Shown: positions 25,823 through 38,468 of the stretch, in pieces
Layout of the letters: each line of letters starts with the position of its first letter
Numbering within the stretch: position 1 is the stretch's first letter
Assembly (NCBI GenBank): GCA_964016885.1
Contig: OZ024741.1
Coordinates: 239,258,001-239,322,000, forward strand
Source of the DNA: Eledone cirrhosa
Taxonomy: Eukaryota
DNA: 64,000 nucleotides
Direction: 5' to 3'
Made by a program: the position numbers and the translations under genes
The notes under the pieces: generated by a model
The model's database searches: none
The model's input: the letters and a program-made list of their open reading frames with translations, nothing else
What the model was told of the DNA's origin: nothing

Positions 25823-26671
25823 TATATATTTCATTTAAAATTAATAACAATCTATTAAAATGTTATCAACAACACTGTCATCACTTTTTCCTAACTAATT
25901 ACAGTTGAGGTCAAATTTGCCTTTCATCTTTTTGGGAACAGTCAAATAAAGTACCATTTAAGTACTAGGATCGATAATATTGAGTGTTCCCCCTCCCAAA
26001 CCTCTGGTCACACACCTATGTTACAAACAGTCAACATCATCATTCAATAAATTACTTAAAAGAAATAAACATAATTAAAGCAAGGATATATGACACATGA
26101 TCTATAAAAATCTATATTTAAATAAAATAACCCCATTAAACAAGACTAATTAAGAGAATAGTATTGTATAATATGTAAGAAATAGATTTTAAAAATCCTC
26201 CAAATCTGGAATAATGTGAAATATAGAAACAGTTCAATACCACAATACCGTATTGATTATTTCTGTTGACACTAAACCACCATCTTGTCAACTATTCCCC
26301 CTGCTTCACATTAATATAATATAATGATATAATACACATATAGTTACATGTAACTACTATAATGATATGTGACTGTTTTAAATGATATTTAACAACAAAC
26401 ACTCAATATAAGAATATATTCATAACACTATAAAACCTCAAGAACGTCTTGAGGCAATATATTACATATTACCAATATAGATAACATAAAATGGGGTCTA
26501 GAAATTAAGACATATTACCTAGATTTCAATATATTTCACCTTAAATATAATATAGAGAATTTCCATCTTAATATGTCGATTGACATCATTTTATACTAAA
26601 ATATGGCTAAGAAATTCTCTATCTATATTACTTAAATATGATGGAAATATAATATAAATATTCAGACTTAC

Positions 26672-27065
26672 ATTCATTGTGTAAAATCCTTTGTTATAAA
26701 CTGTGAGTTGGTCCCAATATTCTGTTAATGGTTGTCTGTGTCACTGCTGCTATGGTGTGACAATGGCTTCATGTTGATGGAATAGTGTTGGTAGTGAGTC
26801 AGTGGGAACCAGCAGTTCCTCTCAGTCTTTTCTGTGTATGTGTGATGTTTACTGAGTGTGAGTATATGTGTGTGTGTGTGTAAAAGAGAGTGAAGGATGG
26901 GTGATGCTTACTCCAGCCTCACTCAGGCTAGATGATGTGATTCCCTAACAAAGAAGTGATGGAGAAAGAAAGAAAACATTATCAACTCCACTAACAGTCA
27001 GCCATAACCATCATCATCATAGTAATAAGTCTATATAACACCAACATGTCTGATGTAAAGAGACT
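26672..27065 (-). promoter_or_regulatory. promoter and non-coding leader exon of protocadherin A
   Basis: TTATATAG at 27031-27038; GAAT|GTAAGT donor at 26671; the large exon begins with an acceptor, so an upstream exon is required. Confidence 0.75.
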
Positions 27066-27575
27066 GATATAGTAATAACCAATGTTTAAAGGAGATCTTA
27101 AATTAACAAAATATTACTGATGTTGGTCAATATTTTACTAACTAATAATGTTAATATAATATAGACAATTATATTTAAGATCTGACCTAAATATACACCA
27201 AATCTGTAATGGAGGATGTATGAACAAATATTGAAGAAATTCTAGACTTCTCTTAGATATTTATTTTAGTATTAATTTTTAATATAATTTCTTACATATA
27301 ATGTTTTAATAATAATGTTTTAAAAATCAAGATATATATTTTACATATATTCTATGTTAATACTACAGATCTTTCAAATAAATAAAAATCAACATTATTG
27401 AGAATATTCGGGTAAAAATTAGTTCATATATATATAAAAAAACTTGTATAAAACTCCAGTGTGATTATAGAAAATGTAATGTGTGTGTATATTATTGAAA
27501 TTTACATACTTTGTATGTAAAAGTCATATTTAAAATATAGCAGTAAGTGGTCAATATTTAGTAACTGACCAATGG

Positions 27576-27697
27576 TCAGTTAGTAATGACATCTGGTGTT
27601 GAAGGTAACTGTCTCTCTGGAGGTTTCACATATCTATCTTGATATTGTTGTCTATCACTGTTCACAACTGATGTATCATGTTGACTACCATAGATCC
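27576..27697 (-). CDS. protocadherin B terminal coding exon (GIYGSQHDTSVVNSDRQQYQDRYVKPPERQLPSTPDVITN*)
   Basis: CTCTTTTCCAG acceptor, open in phase 1 to TGA. Confidence 0.85.
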
Positions 27698-27870
27698 CTG
27701 GAAAAGAGACAGTTTTAGTGTAGCAATGTTAGAGACAATCACTGTTATCAGAAATACTGTAGTAATGACATACACACAGGACTAATTACACAACACTACA
27801 TAATTACAATTGGTACAATAATTAATAATGAAATAGTGTAATACTAAATGAGAATAGTTAGTCAACATAC

Positions 27871-28024
27871 CTGTCGTTGCTGGTATTTCTTCATACTGTC
27901 TACTTGACCTCTCACTCCAGCACTGTCCACTACTCTTACGACTGGTCAATGTATCAGTCGGATAGTTAGAAGATGGTCTGTTGTCTCCATAAGATGTCAC
28001 CTCTATAGGTTGACTATATTTCTG
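27871..28024 (-). CDS. protocadherin B first cytoplasmic exon
   Basis: 154 nt, AG/GT bounded, in frame. Confidence 0.85.
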
Positions 28025-28209
28025 CTGTAAAATATAAGTTACCAGAATGTAAAGATACGGATTATCAATGACAGTTTTATATCTGATATTGAATAAATTA
28101 CTATAGTTTAGTTCAATAAATACTTCAGTAAAAATATATTTATATATATTTATCTTTGAAAATATTATCTGAACTGGATAATATTAGAATATATTTCCAC
28201 TAAATAGGT

Positions 28210-28705
28210 CAATACCTAGGCACTCCTCCTTCTACATCATCACTACGAGCCTTGACATGGTCAGCTTTCCATAACTGAGGCCTGCTTGCTTTGACAATAG
28301 TGATGGTAAACACCCAGATGGGATAACCATTTTATCATTGAAGAAAAGTAAATCAAGGACACCATGACACCTTCTCTGCATCCAACCATGTCATTTTGGA
28401 AAGATATGCAGGCACGGCTATCTGAAACCCTGAGAAGACAAAGACAGCCAAATATCAGTACTTCACTGACCACTTTTTTTCATACTGGTCACTGCCAAGA
28501 CATCTGGTGTACTTTGAGTCTGAACTGGTGTTTTCCTCCACAAAATAGGAAGGAATACATAACTACCTAAAAAAAGCCATCTGTGAGAGGAAGTGACTGA
28601 TGCAGTGTGTTGCTGGCAATTCTCTGCAGCAATACCTCTGCCATTTTGTCCACAGGGCGCAGCTGAGATATACTGCCTAGACACATGTATAGAGTCTGCC
28701 ACAAT
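28210..28705 (+). mobile_element. decayed non-LTR retrotransposon relic (restriction-like endonuclease region, CRE-like); paralogous copies at ~36815-37315, 45965-46490, 53670-54005, 63785-64000
   Basis: translations resemble the RPDG-x-T...WDxT..DT...RK..KY..L...F..V..ET.G..G motif (clearest at 46081-46390); many stops. Confidence 0.6.
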
Positions 28706-29461
28706 ATTATACACTATTACAAAAATTATATAATTTAACTGAAATTTATTGAATAAAAATATTATTGTCGTAGATATTAAATATTTTTATCAAGGACTAA
28801 TATAGCATATTAATACACACATATGTATTAATATATATTTAAGGTAAATCATTTTACGTTAATCTTTTTCTATGTATCAGAAAAATTATTAGAAGTTTTA
28901 AGATATTCAAGTATATTGATTTCAGTGTGGACTGTGTGGACTGGACGATCTGTGATACCAACATAGCTTTACAGAGAAAAGGTGGTGTTGGGGGGAGTGA
29001 GAGGATTGAGTAGAGGTAGTGGGTTGGGGTGTATATTTGGTTAAGAGGTGCCTACTGACTGTAGGTTTAATTTTGTACGAAAGGGAAGGCGGGTCTCTGT
29101 TTTAGTGCGTAGCACCAATGGTCTTGATCCAGTGACATTGTCTTAGAGAGGTGTAAGTGTGCAAGGTCAGATTTTATCATGTGCCAGGTTTAAAATCTGA
29201 TCTTGCATGGTAGCAAGACATTTTGCTCAACACCCCACACATTGTGTTAAACTACAATCTCCTGTGTTGATTAATTTTGAGTATCTTGAAGATAAAATAC
29301 ATACAAAATATACAACACAAGTCATCATCATCATCATCATTTTATGTCCGCTCTTCCCTGCTTGCGAAATCAGATTTACTTAATTAACAATAATATTTAC
29401 AGAAACAAAACAATTCCAAAATAAAGATTAGTTACCACATAGTTATTAAAATAATACTTAC

Positions 29462-31804
29462 CCTTGTAGATTTCTGAAGAGATCTGTTCATTGTTGATGT
29501 CTTCCAGTCTTCAGGAGAGTAATGACTTCTAGACTGACTATATCTATCAGATATCTCTCCTCGATTATCTGACATCACAGATACACTGTTGTTACCTTGA
29601 TAGATCAACTGTCTCATCTCATTACGACATTGGTATGCCTGTTTCTCTTCTGTTGTTCTAGCTGAGTTATTTCTCACATTGTTACATCTCACAATACACA
29701 ATGTTATAGAAACCACAATAGCTATAGATACTATCACAGCTGCTACTACAATGATAATCAACAATGTTGCATCTATTGTGTTATCAGTTGGTACATGGAC
29801 AGCTGTGAACATTGGTGATGTCTTGTTACTAACAGTCAGTGTTAAAGAGACACTAGTTGTTGCTGACAGAACTGGAGTACCACTGTCTTTCACAACAAAC
29901 TCCAGTTGATATGATCCGGCATCATTTTGGTAAACTGTGCGAGAGTAAGATAAGACACCAGTGAATGAGTCCAGTTTAAATAACTGTCTCTCATTACCTG
30001 AAAGGATTTCATACCTGAGAAAAGCATTCATGTGACTGTCTATATCAGAGGCTTTCAGAAGTGTGATGTCATTCTTACTTTGTGGATGATAGTGGACATC
30101 AAGAGTGAAAGGGTCAACACTAGGAAATGTAAAATATGGAGCATTATCATTTTTATCTAATACTTCCACTTCAACATTTACTGTGTTATTTAGAGATGGT
30201 GTTCCATTGTCTTTGACAAAAACCTCAAAATCATAGAAATCTCTGTGTTCTCTGTCTAAAGATTGGTTTGTTGAAATAAAGCCAGAGTTGATAATCTGGA
30301 ATGGCAGACGATATTGGTGTTTATTTCTCAGATAATAACTTAATTCACCTCCCTTACCAACATCTGGGTCTGTAGCATTGATAAAACCAATAGGGAAATT
30401 AGCTTTGTCATTCTCATAGGTAAGGAACTTGAATATATCTTTGGTAAAGTGTGGTTTTACATCATTCACATCTAACACTTGTATTGAGAGATCTTTATCA
30501 GTTTTGAGAGGAGGTAATCCTTTATCTTGACAGGAGACAGTGAAGTGATAATGTTCCTGTGTCTCTCTGTCTACTGCTTTCTTTAGAACTATTTTATATT
30601 CTTTAGATCCCATTGACTGTAGTTTGAAGGTATCATGTTTAATATTACAGCTGACCTCTCCATTGTGTCCAACATCATTGTCAGTGACCATCACATAAGC
30701 AATGAAACTACCAACTTTGATATCTTCCAGAATGGTAGCTGTGTTGTGATTCTGTGTAGAAATATAGTTGACATCAATATTTGGAGGATTGTTGTGTTGG
30801 TTGATAACATTTACCATAACAGTTGCTATGGCACTGAGTGGTGGACTGCCTCCATCTCTGGCTTCAATATATAATTTAAATGATTTCATCTCATCTAAAT
30901 GATATTCTTTTGCCAAGAATATTTCCCCAGATTTCACATCTATAATGAAATTACTTTTTGATTCTGTTGCTGTTGTTGGGCTGATAAAATAAGAAATTTT
31001 ACCATTTTCTCCAATATCAGAGTCTTTTGCCAACATGATAATAATTGGTATATTTCTTTTCTGTTTATTTTGTATTGAGATATTGTATGTCTTCTCAGAA
31101 AATATTGGTCTGTTATCATTCTCATCTTTGACAGTAATGTGTACAGTTAAGACACCTTGTTTGGGTGGACTTCCTCCATCTTTAGAAATCACTTCTATGT
31201 CATAACTATCTTTTATCTCTCTATCTAACTTCTCATCTAACATAATTTCAAGAAACGATACACCATCAGCTCTTTGAAATGTAGACAAAGAAAACTGATT
31301 GTTACTACCTTTCAATTCATAATTCACTAGTCTGTTTTGTAAACCAACATCATCATCAATTGCATTGGGTATTGATCGTTTTGTCCCTTTGCTTTCAGTT
31401 TCATCAAAGTCTAAATTAATTTCTTCAACAGGAAACTCAGGTGTATGGTCATTGATGTCTTCTATCATTACCTTAATCTTTAATATCTTTATAAATTTCT
31501 CTGCTCTATGAACTGCTACCTTAATTGTACGAGAACATTCTTTCTCAAAACTACACAGAGACTCAGCATCCAGTGTTTGTGTAGTATATATCTTTCCATT
31601 ACTGGTCACATTAAATAGCTGTGTCCCCTTCTGTTGTAACTGACTAAATGATAATAATGCAATGTCCTGTAATTGTGAATCAGCAGTAATATCTCCTATA
31701 TTGATAATACGACTGTTTTCTTCTTTAACATGATAAACAATGTCTTCTTTAGAGAGTGAATAGTGAAGTAGAGACAGTAATATCCATATGTGTATTAAGA
31801 CCAT
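29462..31804 (-). CDS. Pcdh: protocadherin B large exon; spliced protein ~872 aa
   Basis: six EC repeats plus TM; AGG|GTAAGT donor at 29461; exon starts 31838. Confidence 0.95.
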
Positions 31805-32374
31805 CTTTGTTAGTGGAGTTAGTTGTCAGTTAATCAACCTGGAAATAGGAAACATAACTTTCATTTACTTGGTAGAAACCAATAATAGATGAATAGTATT
31901 CAATTAACTAAATTAAACATATTTTATATATTTCTTACTGCTTTATCACCATAATATTCAATATTCTACACAGAAAAAATCATTTAAAGAAACATCATTA
32001 TATTCCTTCTTTTTGTAAATATTTATTTAGAAATCTCAAGCTTCTCATTTTTATATTTTTGCTGTTAATTAACCCTTAATATATACATTATACATGATTT
32101 CACATGGAATATGAATAATTAAATTTTCCTTCTTTTCTGGGATTATTTTGTAATTTGTCGATATTCATTGTAAGATCCTGATTAGAAGATAGCAATGAGT
32201 GATGGCAATATTAACAGAGGGACTTCATACATATGACACTATGATAACCTATGACACTTGAAAGAATTAAAAACTGTAACACTTGGCACTTTCAATATCG
32301 TTCAATGTCAGATATAGAATATTACACTGATTTAATTTAGATCTGGGTATATATTACCTGCAATATCTCTACAC

Positions 32375-33270
32375 TAGCATGGGTTAGACGGGTTGTCCTG
32401 TTGTGGGCAATGCCAGGTCAGGTGACTGTTTCTTGCTCATACAGGACTGATTTTGTCTCGGAGTCTACAGCTGGTGCCCCTCCTAGCACCAACCTCATTT
32501 ACAGTGAGTACTAGGTGCTTTTTTACCATGGTGCCCACACGGTCACATTACAGTGTGGACTGGGTGTTTTTTGTCGTGACACCTACACGACCACTTTACA
32601 GTGGGAGGGGCATCAGGGCATATTGTCTGTATGCTTTAGCTTCGGATTGTACACGTGGGAAGTCGGATTTTCTGTATTACTGCGTAATGCCGAAGGTCTC
32701 GGTCTTGTGTCATCACCTTTGAGAAGTGTAATTGGGGAAGGTCAGCTTTTATCACCTCATTCCAGGTCTTCTTGGGTCACGCCATTCCAAGGCTTCCATC
32801 GACTTTTAGTGCTCTGCACCTTTTTATGCAACTGTCATCCTTCATATGCATCCGATGTCAATACCAATGCAATCTTGTCTCCTGCACACAACATTTGATT
32901 CCTCTTATGCTTAGTCGCTCTCTTAATTCGTTTATGCTTTGCCGTTTGCGTATATTATTATAACACATCCATCGGAGCATGCAAGCTTCATTTCTTTCTA
33001 ATTTACGCAAGTCCAGGGCTCACTACCATGTAACATTGATGTTTGTATGCATGCATCATACAGTCTGCCTTTTATTTTGAGGGAAAAGCTTTTTGTAGCT
33101 AGCAGTGGTAGTAGCTCCCTGAACTTCTTCCATCCTGTTCTTACCCTGGTTACTGTACTTTCAGAACACCCCCTCCGCTGCTAATCTGGTCTCCTAGATA
33201 GCAGAAGCTTTTTTACTGTTTCTACAGAGCCCTCCCAGAATTTGGTAGTTTTTGTTTCCTATTGCTGTTT
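32375..33270 (-). mobile_element. 5'-truncated RTE-like LINE 3' fragment with 48-bp-family units
   Basis: reverse complement of the element at 61075-61667, extended further 5'; decayed RT C-terminal coding sequence. Confidence 0.7.
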
Positions 33271-35261
33271 ACTGTCTCAGTACAACTGCTACATGTAAAG
33301 CCTACATTCCTAGCTAGACTTCCTGAGATCCTACTGACAATAATTGTTATTTATACAGGCACAGAACATTTAGGACTGCATATTTTATTATGTAGAACAG
33401 GTAGAAAGTATCAGCATGTTTTAAGAGAAAGACCAACAGGGCTAGTATTAGAAAAGGCATGTGGCCCTGACATACAATCTAATAAGACATGCCGAAGCCA
33501 TAACAGTAAGGAAAATGAATTTTTTTTTTCAATAGAAATTAAAAATGTATAGGTCCCCTCTCTGGAGAGGGACATTTAGGGAGCTAGATAAAACTGGCTA
33601 TGAATTAGTTACTCTTGGGGTTAGGGGAGTTATGCCTTATAGCAGACATAAAAACAATGATGATACTAATATGACATAATTAAACCTGTTTATTTACAGG
33701 TTTCTTAAGGTATTATCTAGCAAATATTGTCTATAATTGTTATTTATTCAGACAGTGTATCTTGGCTTATATTATCCAATATGTACTTGCTTTTAGGACA
33801 TAATAGGGTGGGGTTTGAGAGAGATTTGACTGTTATTTGAGCAAATCAATTGACCACATAATGGCTCAGATGACACATTGTTACCAGAGATACTTTCCCA
33901 TAATGTCTAACATTTTACATAAAACAGTTAATATAGAGAGAAAATATACAATATACACTATATATGTTTACAGCACACATTTTCCTCAAAATTATGAAGG
34001 GGAAAACTAGCACATGACTTACCTACAGCACCTAATAAAACCTCAATTCAAAATATATTGCATACTATAAAGGTTCCATGTAAAACTGAGTTGCAAGATT
34101 TACCAGTGAGAACTAAATATGTGTATATGGTATATAATAACAAGAAAAACAGGTGTACATTTTGCTACAGTAAATATGTTTCTATATAAATATTATAATA
34201 TTTTAACGGGTTCTCAAATTAGTATTTTACAAGATATTCCTCTATCTGAAACACAGGAATCAGATAAAAGCTAGAATTGCAACACAGTAAAATAAACATA
34301 TTCAATCAATATTCAAACATATTCAAACATATTCAAATCAATAATAACAATAAAACAGAATTGATAAAATAAATTAGTTATAGTATGTATTTATCAACAT
34401 TCTTCAACTATATATAAGATTAATTAGCATCGTTCAATAGAGTATTTTTAAGAAATTGTAAATAAAAACAATGAAATAAAATATTCTATATCATATGAAA
34501 ATAATTTATTTAGATAAATATATTATTTTGTAACTTAATATCTTTAAAGAAATAAAAGCCTTGGTATCAATAAATTTAAATAATATTTATTCTAAAGAAA
34601 TGAATAAGCAAAATTCCATATTTCATTAAAATGGCCTTGTTAAACAAGACTAATTAAGACAATAGTTTCAAATAAATTGTAAGAAATAAATTTTTAAAAT
34701 CACTTAAATCTGGAATAGTGTTAAATTTAGAAAGTTCAATAATATCACAATACTGTATTGATTATTTATGTTGACACTAAACCACCATCTTGTAAACTAT
34801 CCCCCTGTTTCACATTAGTATAATATATTAATAAAACAAACACATTGTTACATATGACTACAATAATGATATGGACAGTTTTAAATGATATTTAACATCA
34901 AACACTTAATATAAAAATATTCACAACACTATAAAACCTCAAGAACGTCTTCAGGAAATATATTACACATTATCAATATAGATAATATATAAAGGTGTCT
35001 AGAAATAAAGTTATGCTACCTAAATTTAAATATATTTCACCAGAAATATAACCATAATTAAATACCTCATTAGAGCAGAACATAAATGTTGAACATATCA
35101 ATGTCTATAGAAAATGTAGAACTGAGAATTTCTATCTTAAAATGTCTACTAACAATTTCTATATATATCATTTTATACTAAAATATGGCTAAATATATTT
35201 TATAAGAGATCCATATCACTTGAATAAGTTGGAAATATAATATAAATATTCATAAACTTAC

Positions 35262-35650
35262 ATTCATTGTGTAAAATCCTTTGTTATAAACTGTGAGTTG
35301 GTCCCAATGTTCTGTTGTTAATGGTTGTCTGTGTCACTGCTGCTATGGTGTGACAATGGCTTCATGTTGATGGAATAGTGTTGGTAGTGAGTCAGTGGGA
35401 ACCAGCAGTTCCTCTCAGTCTTTTCTGTGTATGTGTGATGTTTATTGAGTGTGAGTATGTAAATGTGTGTGTGTGTAAAAGAGAGTGAAGGATGGGTGAT
35501 ACTTACTCCAGCCTCACTCAGACTAGATGTTGTGAGGGAGACAGAGAGAAGACACAATATCAGCTCCACTAATAGTCAGCCAAAACCATCATCATTATCA
35601 TCATAGTAATAAGTCTATATAACACCAACATGTCTGATGTAAAGAGACTG
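35262..35650 (-). promoter_or_regulatory. promoter and leader exon of protocadherin B
   Basis: TTATATAG 35615-35622; donor at 35261. Confidence 0.75.
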
Positions 35651-36181
35651 ATATAGAAATAGACAATGCTTAAAGGAGATCTTAAATTAACAAAATATTA
35701 CTGATGTTGGTCAATATTTTACTAACTAATAATGTTAATATAATATAGACAATTATATTTAAGATCTGACCTAAATATACACCAAATCTGTAATGGAGGA
35801 TGTATGAACAAATATTGAAGAAATTCTAGACTTCTCTTAGATGTTTATTTTAGTATTATTTTTTAATATAATTCCTTACATATAATGTTTTAATAATAAT
35901 GTTCTAAAAATCAAGATATATATTTTAAATATATTCTAAGTTAATCTACAGATATTTCCAATAAAAAAAAAATTCAGAATATTGAGAATATCTGTGTAAA
36001 TATTAGTTCCTATAAAAAAAAAAAACTTGTATAAAACTGCAGCGTGATCATAGAAGTTGTAATGTGTGTGTATATTATTGAAATTGGGGGAGTGAGGAGA
36101 AATTGTTATATTTACTTTGTATGTAAAAGTCATATTTAAAATATAGCAGTAAGTGGTCAATATTTAGTAACTGACCAATGG

Positions 36182-36303
36182 TCAGTTAGTAATGACATCT
36201 GGTGTTGAAGGTAACTGTCTCTCTGGAGGTTTCACATATCTATCTTGATATTGTTGTCTATCACTGTTCACAACTGATGTATCATGTTGACTACCATAGA
36301 TCC
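36182..36303 (-). CDS. protocadherin C terminal coding exon
   Basis: same structure as in B, 122 nt to TGA. Confidence 0.85.
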
Positions 36304-36478
36304 CTGGAAAAGAGACAATCTTTTAGTGTAGCAATGTTAGAGACAATCACTGTTATCAGAAATACTGTAGTAATGACATACACACAGGACTAATTACACC
36401 AAACTACATAATTACAATTGGTACAATAATTAATAATGAAATAGTATAATACTAAATGAGAATAGTTAGTCAACATAC

Positions 36479-36632
36479 CTGTCGTTGCTGGTATTTCTTC
36501 ATACTGTCTACTTGACCTCTCACTCCAGCACTGACCACTACTCTTACGACTGGTCAATGTATCAGTGGGATAGTTAGAAGATGGCTTGTTGTCTCCATAA
36601 GATGTCACCTCTATAGGTTGACTATATTTCTG
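36479..36632 (-). CDS. protocadherin C first cytoplasmic exon
   Basis: 154 nt, AG/GT bounded. Confidence 0.85.
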
Positions 36633-37677
36633 CTGTAAAATATAAGTTACCAGAATGTAAAGATACGGATTATCAATGACAGTGTTATATCTGATATTGA
36701 ATAAATTACTATAGTTTAGTTCAATAAATACTTCAGTAAAAATATATTTATATATATTTATCTTTGAAAATATTATCTGAACTGGATAATATTAGAATAT
36801 ATTTCCACTAAACAGGTCAGTACCTAGGCACTCCTCCTTCTACATCATCACTAGAAGCCTTGACGTGGTCAACTTTCCATAACTGAGGCCTGCTTGCTTT
36901 GACCATAGTGATGGTAAACACCCAGATGGGATAACCATTTTATTATTGAAGAAAAGTAAATCAAGGACACCATGACACCTTCTCTGCATCCAACCATGTC
37001 ATTTTGGAAAGATATGCAGGCACGGCTATCTGAAACCCAGAGAAGACAAAGACAGCCAAATATCAGTACTTCACTGACCACTTCTTTTTCATACTGGTCA
37101 CTGCCAAGACATCTGGTGTACTTTGAGTCTGAACTGGTGTTTTCCTCCACAAAATAGGAAGGAATACATAACTACCTAAAAAAAGCCATCTGTGAGAGGA
37201 AGTGACTGATGCAGTCTATGTTGCTGGCAATTCTCTGCAGCAATACCTCTGCCATTTTGTCCACAGGGCGCAGCTGAGATATACTGCCTAGACACATGTA
37301 TAGAGTCTGCCACAATATTATACACTATTACAAAAATTATATAATTTAACTGAAATTTATTGAATAAAAATATTATTGTCGTAGATATTAAATATTTTTA
37401 TCAAGGACTAATATAGCATATTAATACACACATATGTATTAATATATATTTAAGGTAAATCATTTTACGTTAATCTTTTTCTATGTATCAGAAAAATTAT
37501 TAGAAGTTTTAAGATATTCAAGTATATTGATTTACAAGACTATGATTTATAGGAGTGGATATCATCAGTTATATAAACCCTCACTCCTAATTGGTGTTAA
37601 TTCTACCAACGTTGAGAGGATAGATTGGATTCTGGTTAGAGTTGAACTCTTGACATAATGGGATGTACGCAGAGGTC

Positions 37678-37950
37678 ATCATCATCATCGTTTAATGAAT
37701 GTCTTCCACGCTAGCATGGGTTAGATGGGAATTGTCCCACTTGAGGCAAGATTGATCGGGTGACCATGTCTCGCTCGTATAGGACTGTATCTAGCAGGTT
37801 TTCTACAGCTCGATGCCCTTCCTAACACCAACCACATTTACAGTGTGGACTGGGAGCCTTTTTACCACGTCTCCTACACAACCACTTTACAGTGTGGACT
37901 GGGTGCTTTTTTTCGTGACACCTACACAACCTCTTTAGTGTGGACTGGAA
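37678..37950 (-). mobile_element. retroelement 3'-end family copy with (TGA)n tail and 48-bp-family units
   Basis: reverse complement of the terminal motif at 25640-25822; mostly deleted at the matching site in unit B (~28920). Confidence 0.7.
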
Positions 37951-38468
37951 GATCTGTGATACCAACATAACTTTACAGAGAAAAGGTGGTGTTGGGGGGA
38001 GTGAGAGGATTTAGTAGAGGTAGTGGGTTGGGGTGTATATTTGGTTAAGAGGTGCCTACTGACTGTAGGTTTAATTTTGTACGAAAGGGAAGGCGGGTCT
38101 CTGTTTTAGTGCGTAGCACCAATGGTCTTGATCCAGTGACATTGTCTTAGAGAGGCGTAAGTGTGCAAGTTCAGATTTTATCATGTGCCAGGTTTAAAAT
38201 CTGATCTTGCACGGTAGCAAGACATTTTGCTCAACACCCCACACATTGTGTTAAACTACAATCTCCTGTGTTGATTAATTTTGAGTATCTTGAAGATAAA
38301 ATACAGACAAAATATACAACACAAGTCATCATCATCATCATCATGATTTTATGTCCGCTCTTCCCTTCTTGCGAAATCAGATTTACTTAACTAACAGTAA
38401 TATTTACAGAAACAAAACAATTCCAAAATAAAGATTAGTTACCACATAGTTATTAAAATAATACTCAC

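Noticed and set aside
35318-35569. 83-aa ORF across the leader block as a fourth coding exon
   Set aside because: The frame is broken by variable (CA)n length between copies and the upstream gene has already stopped; only the short uORF is consistent
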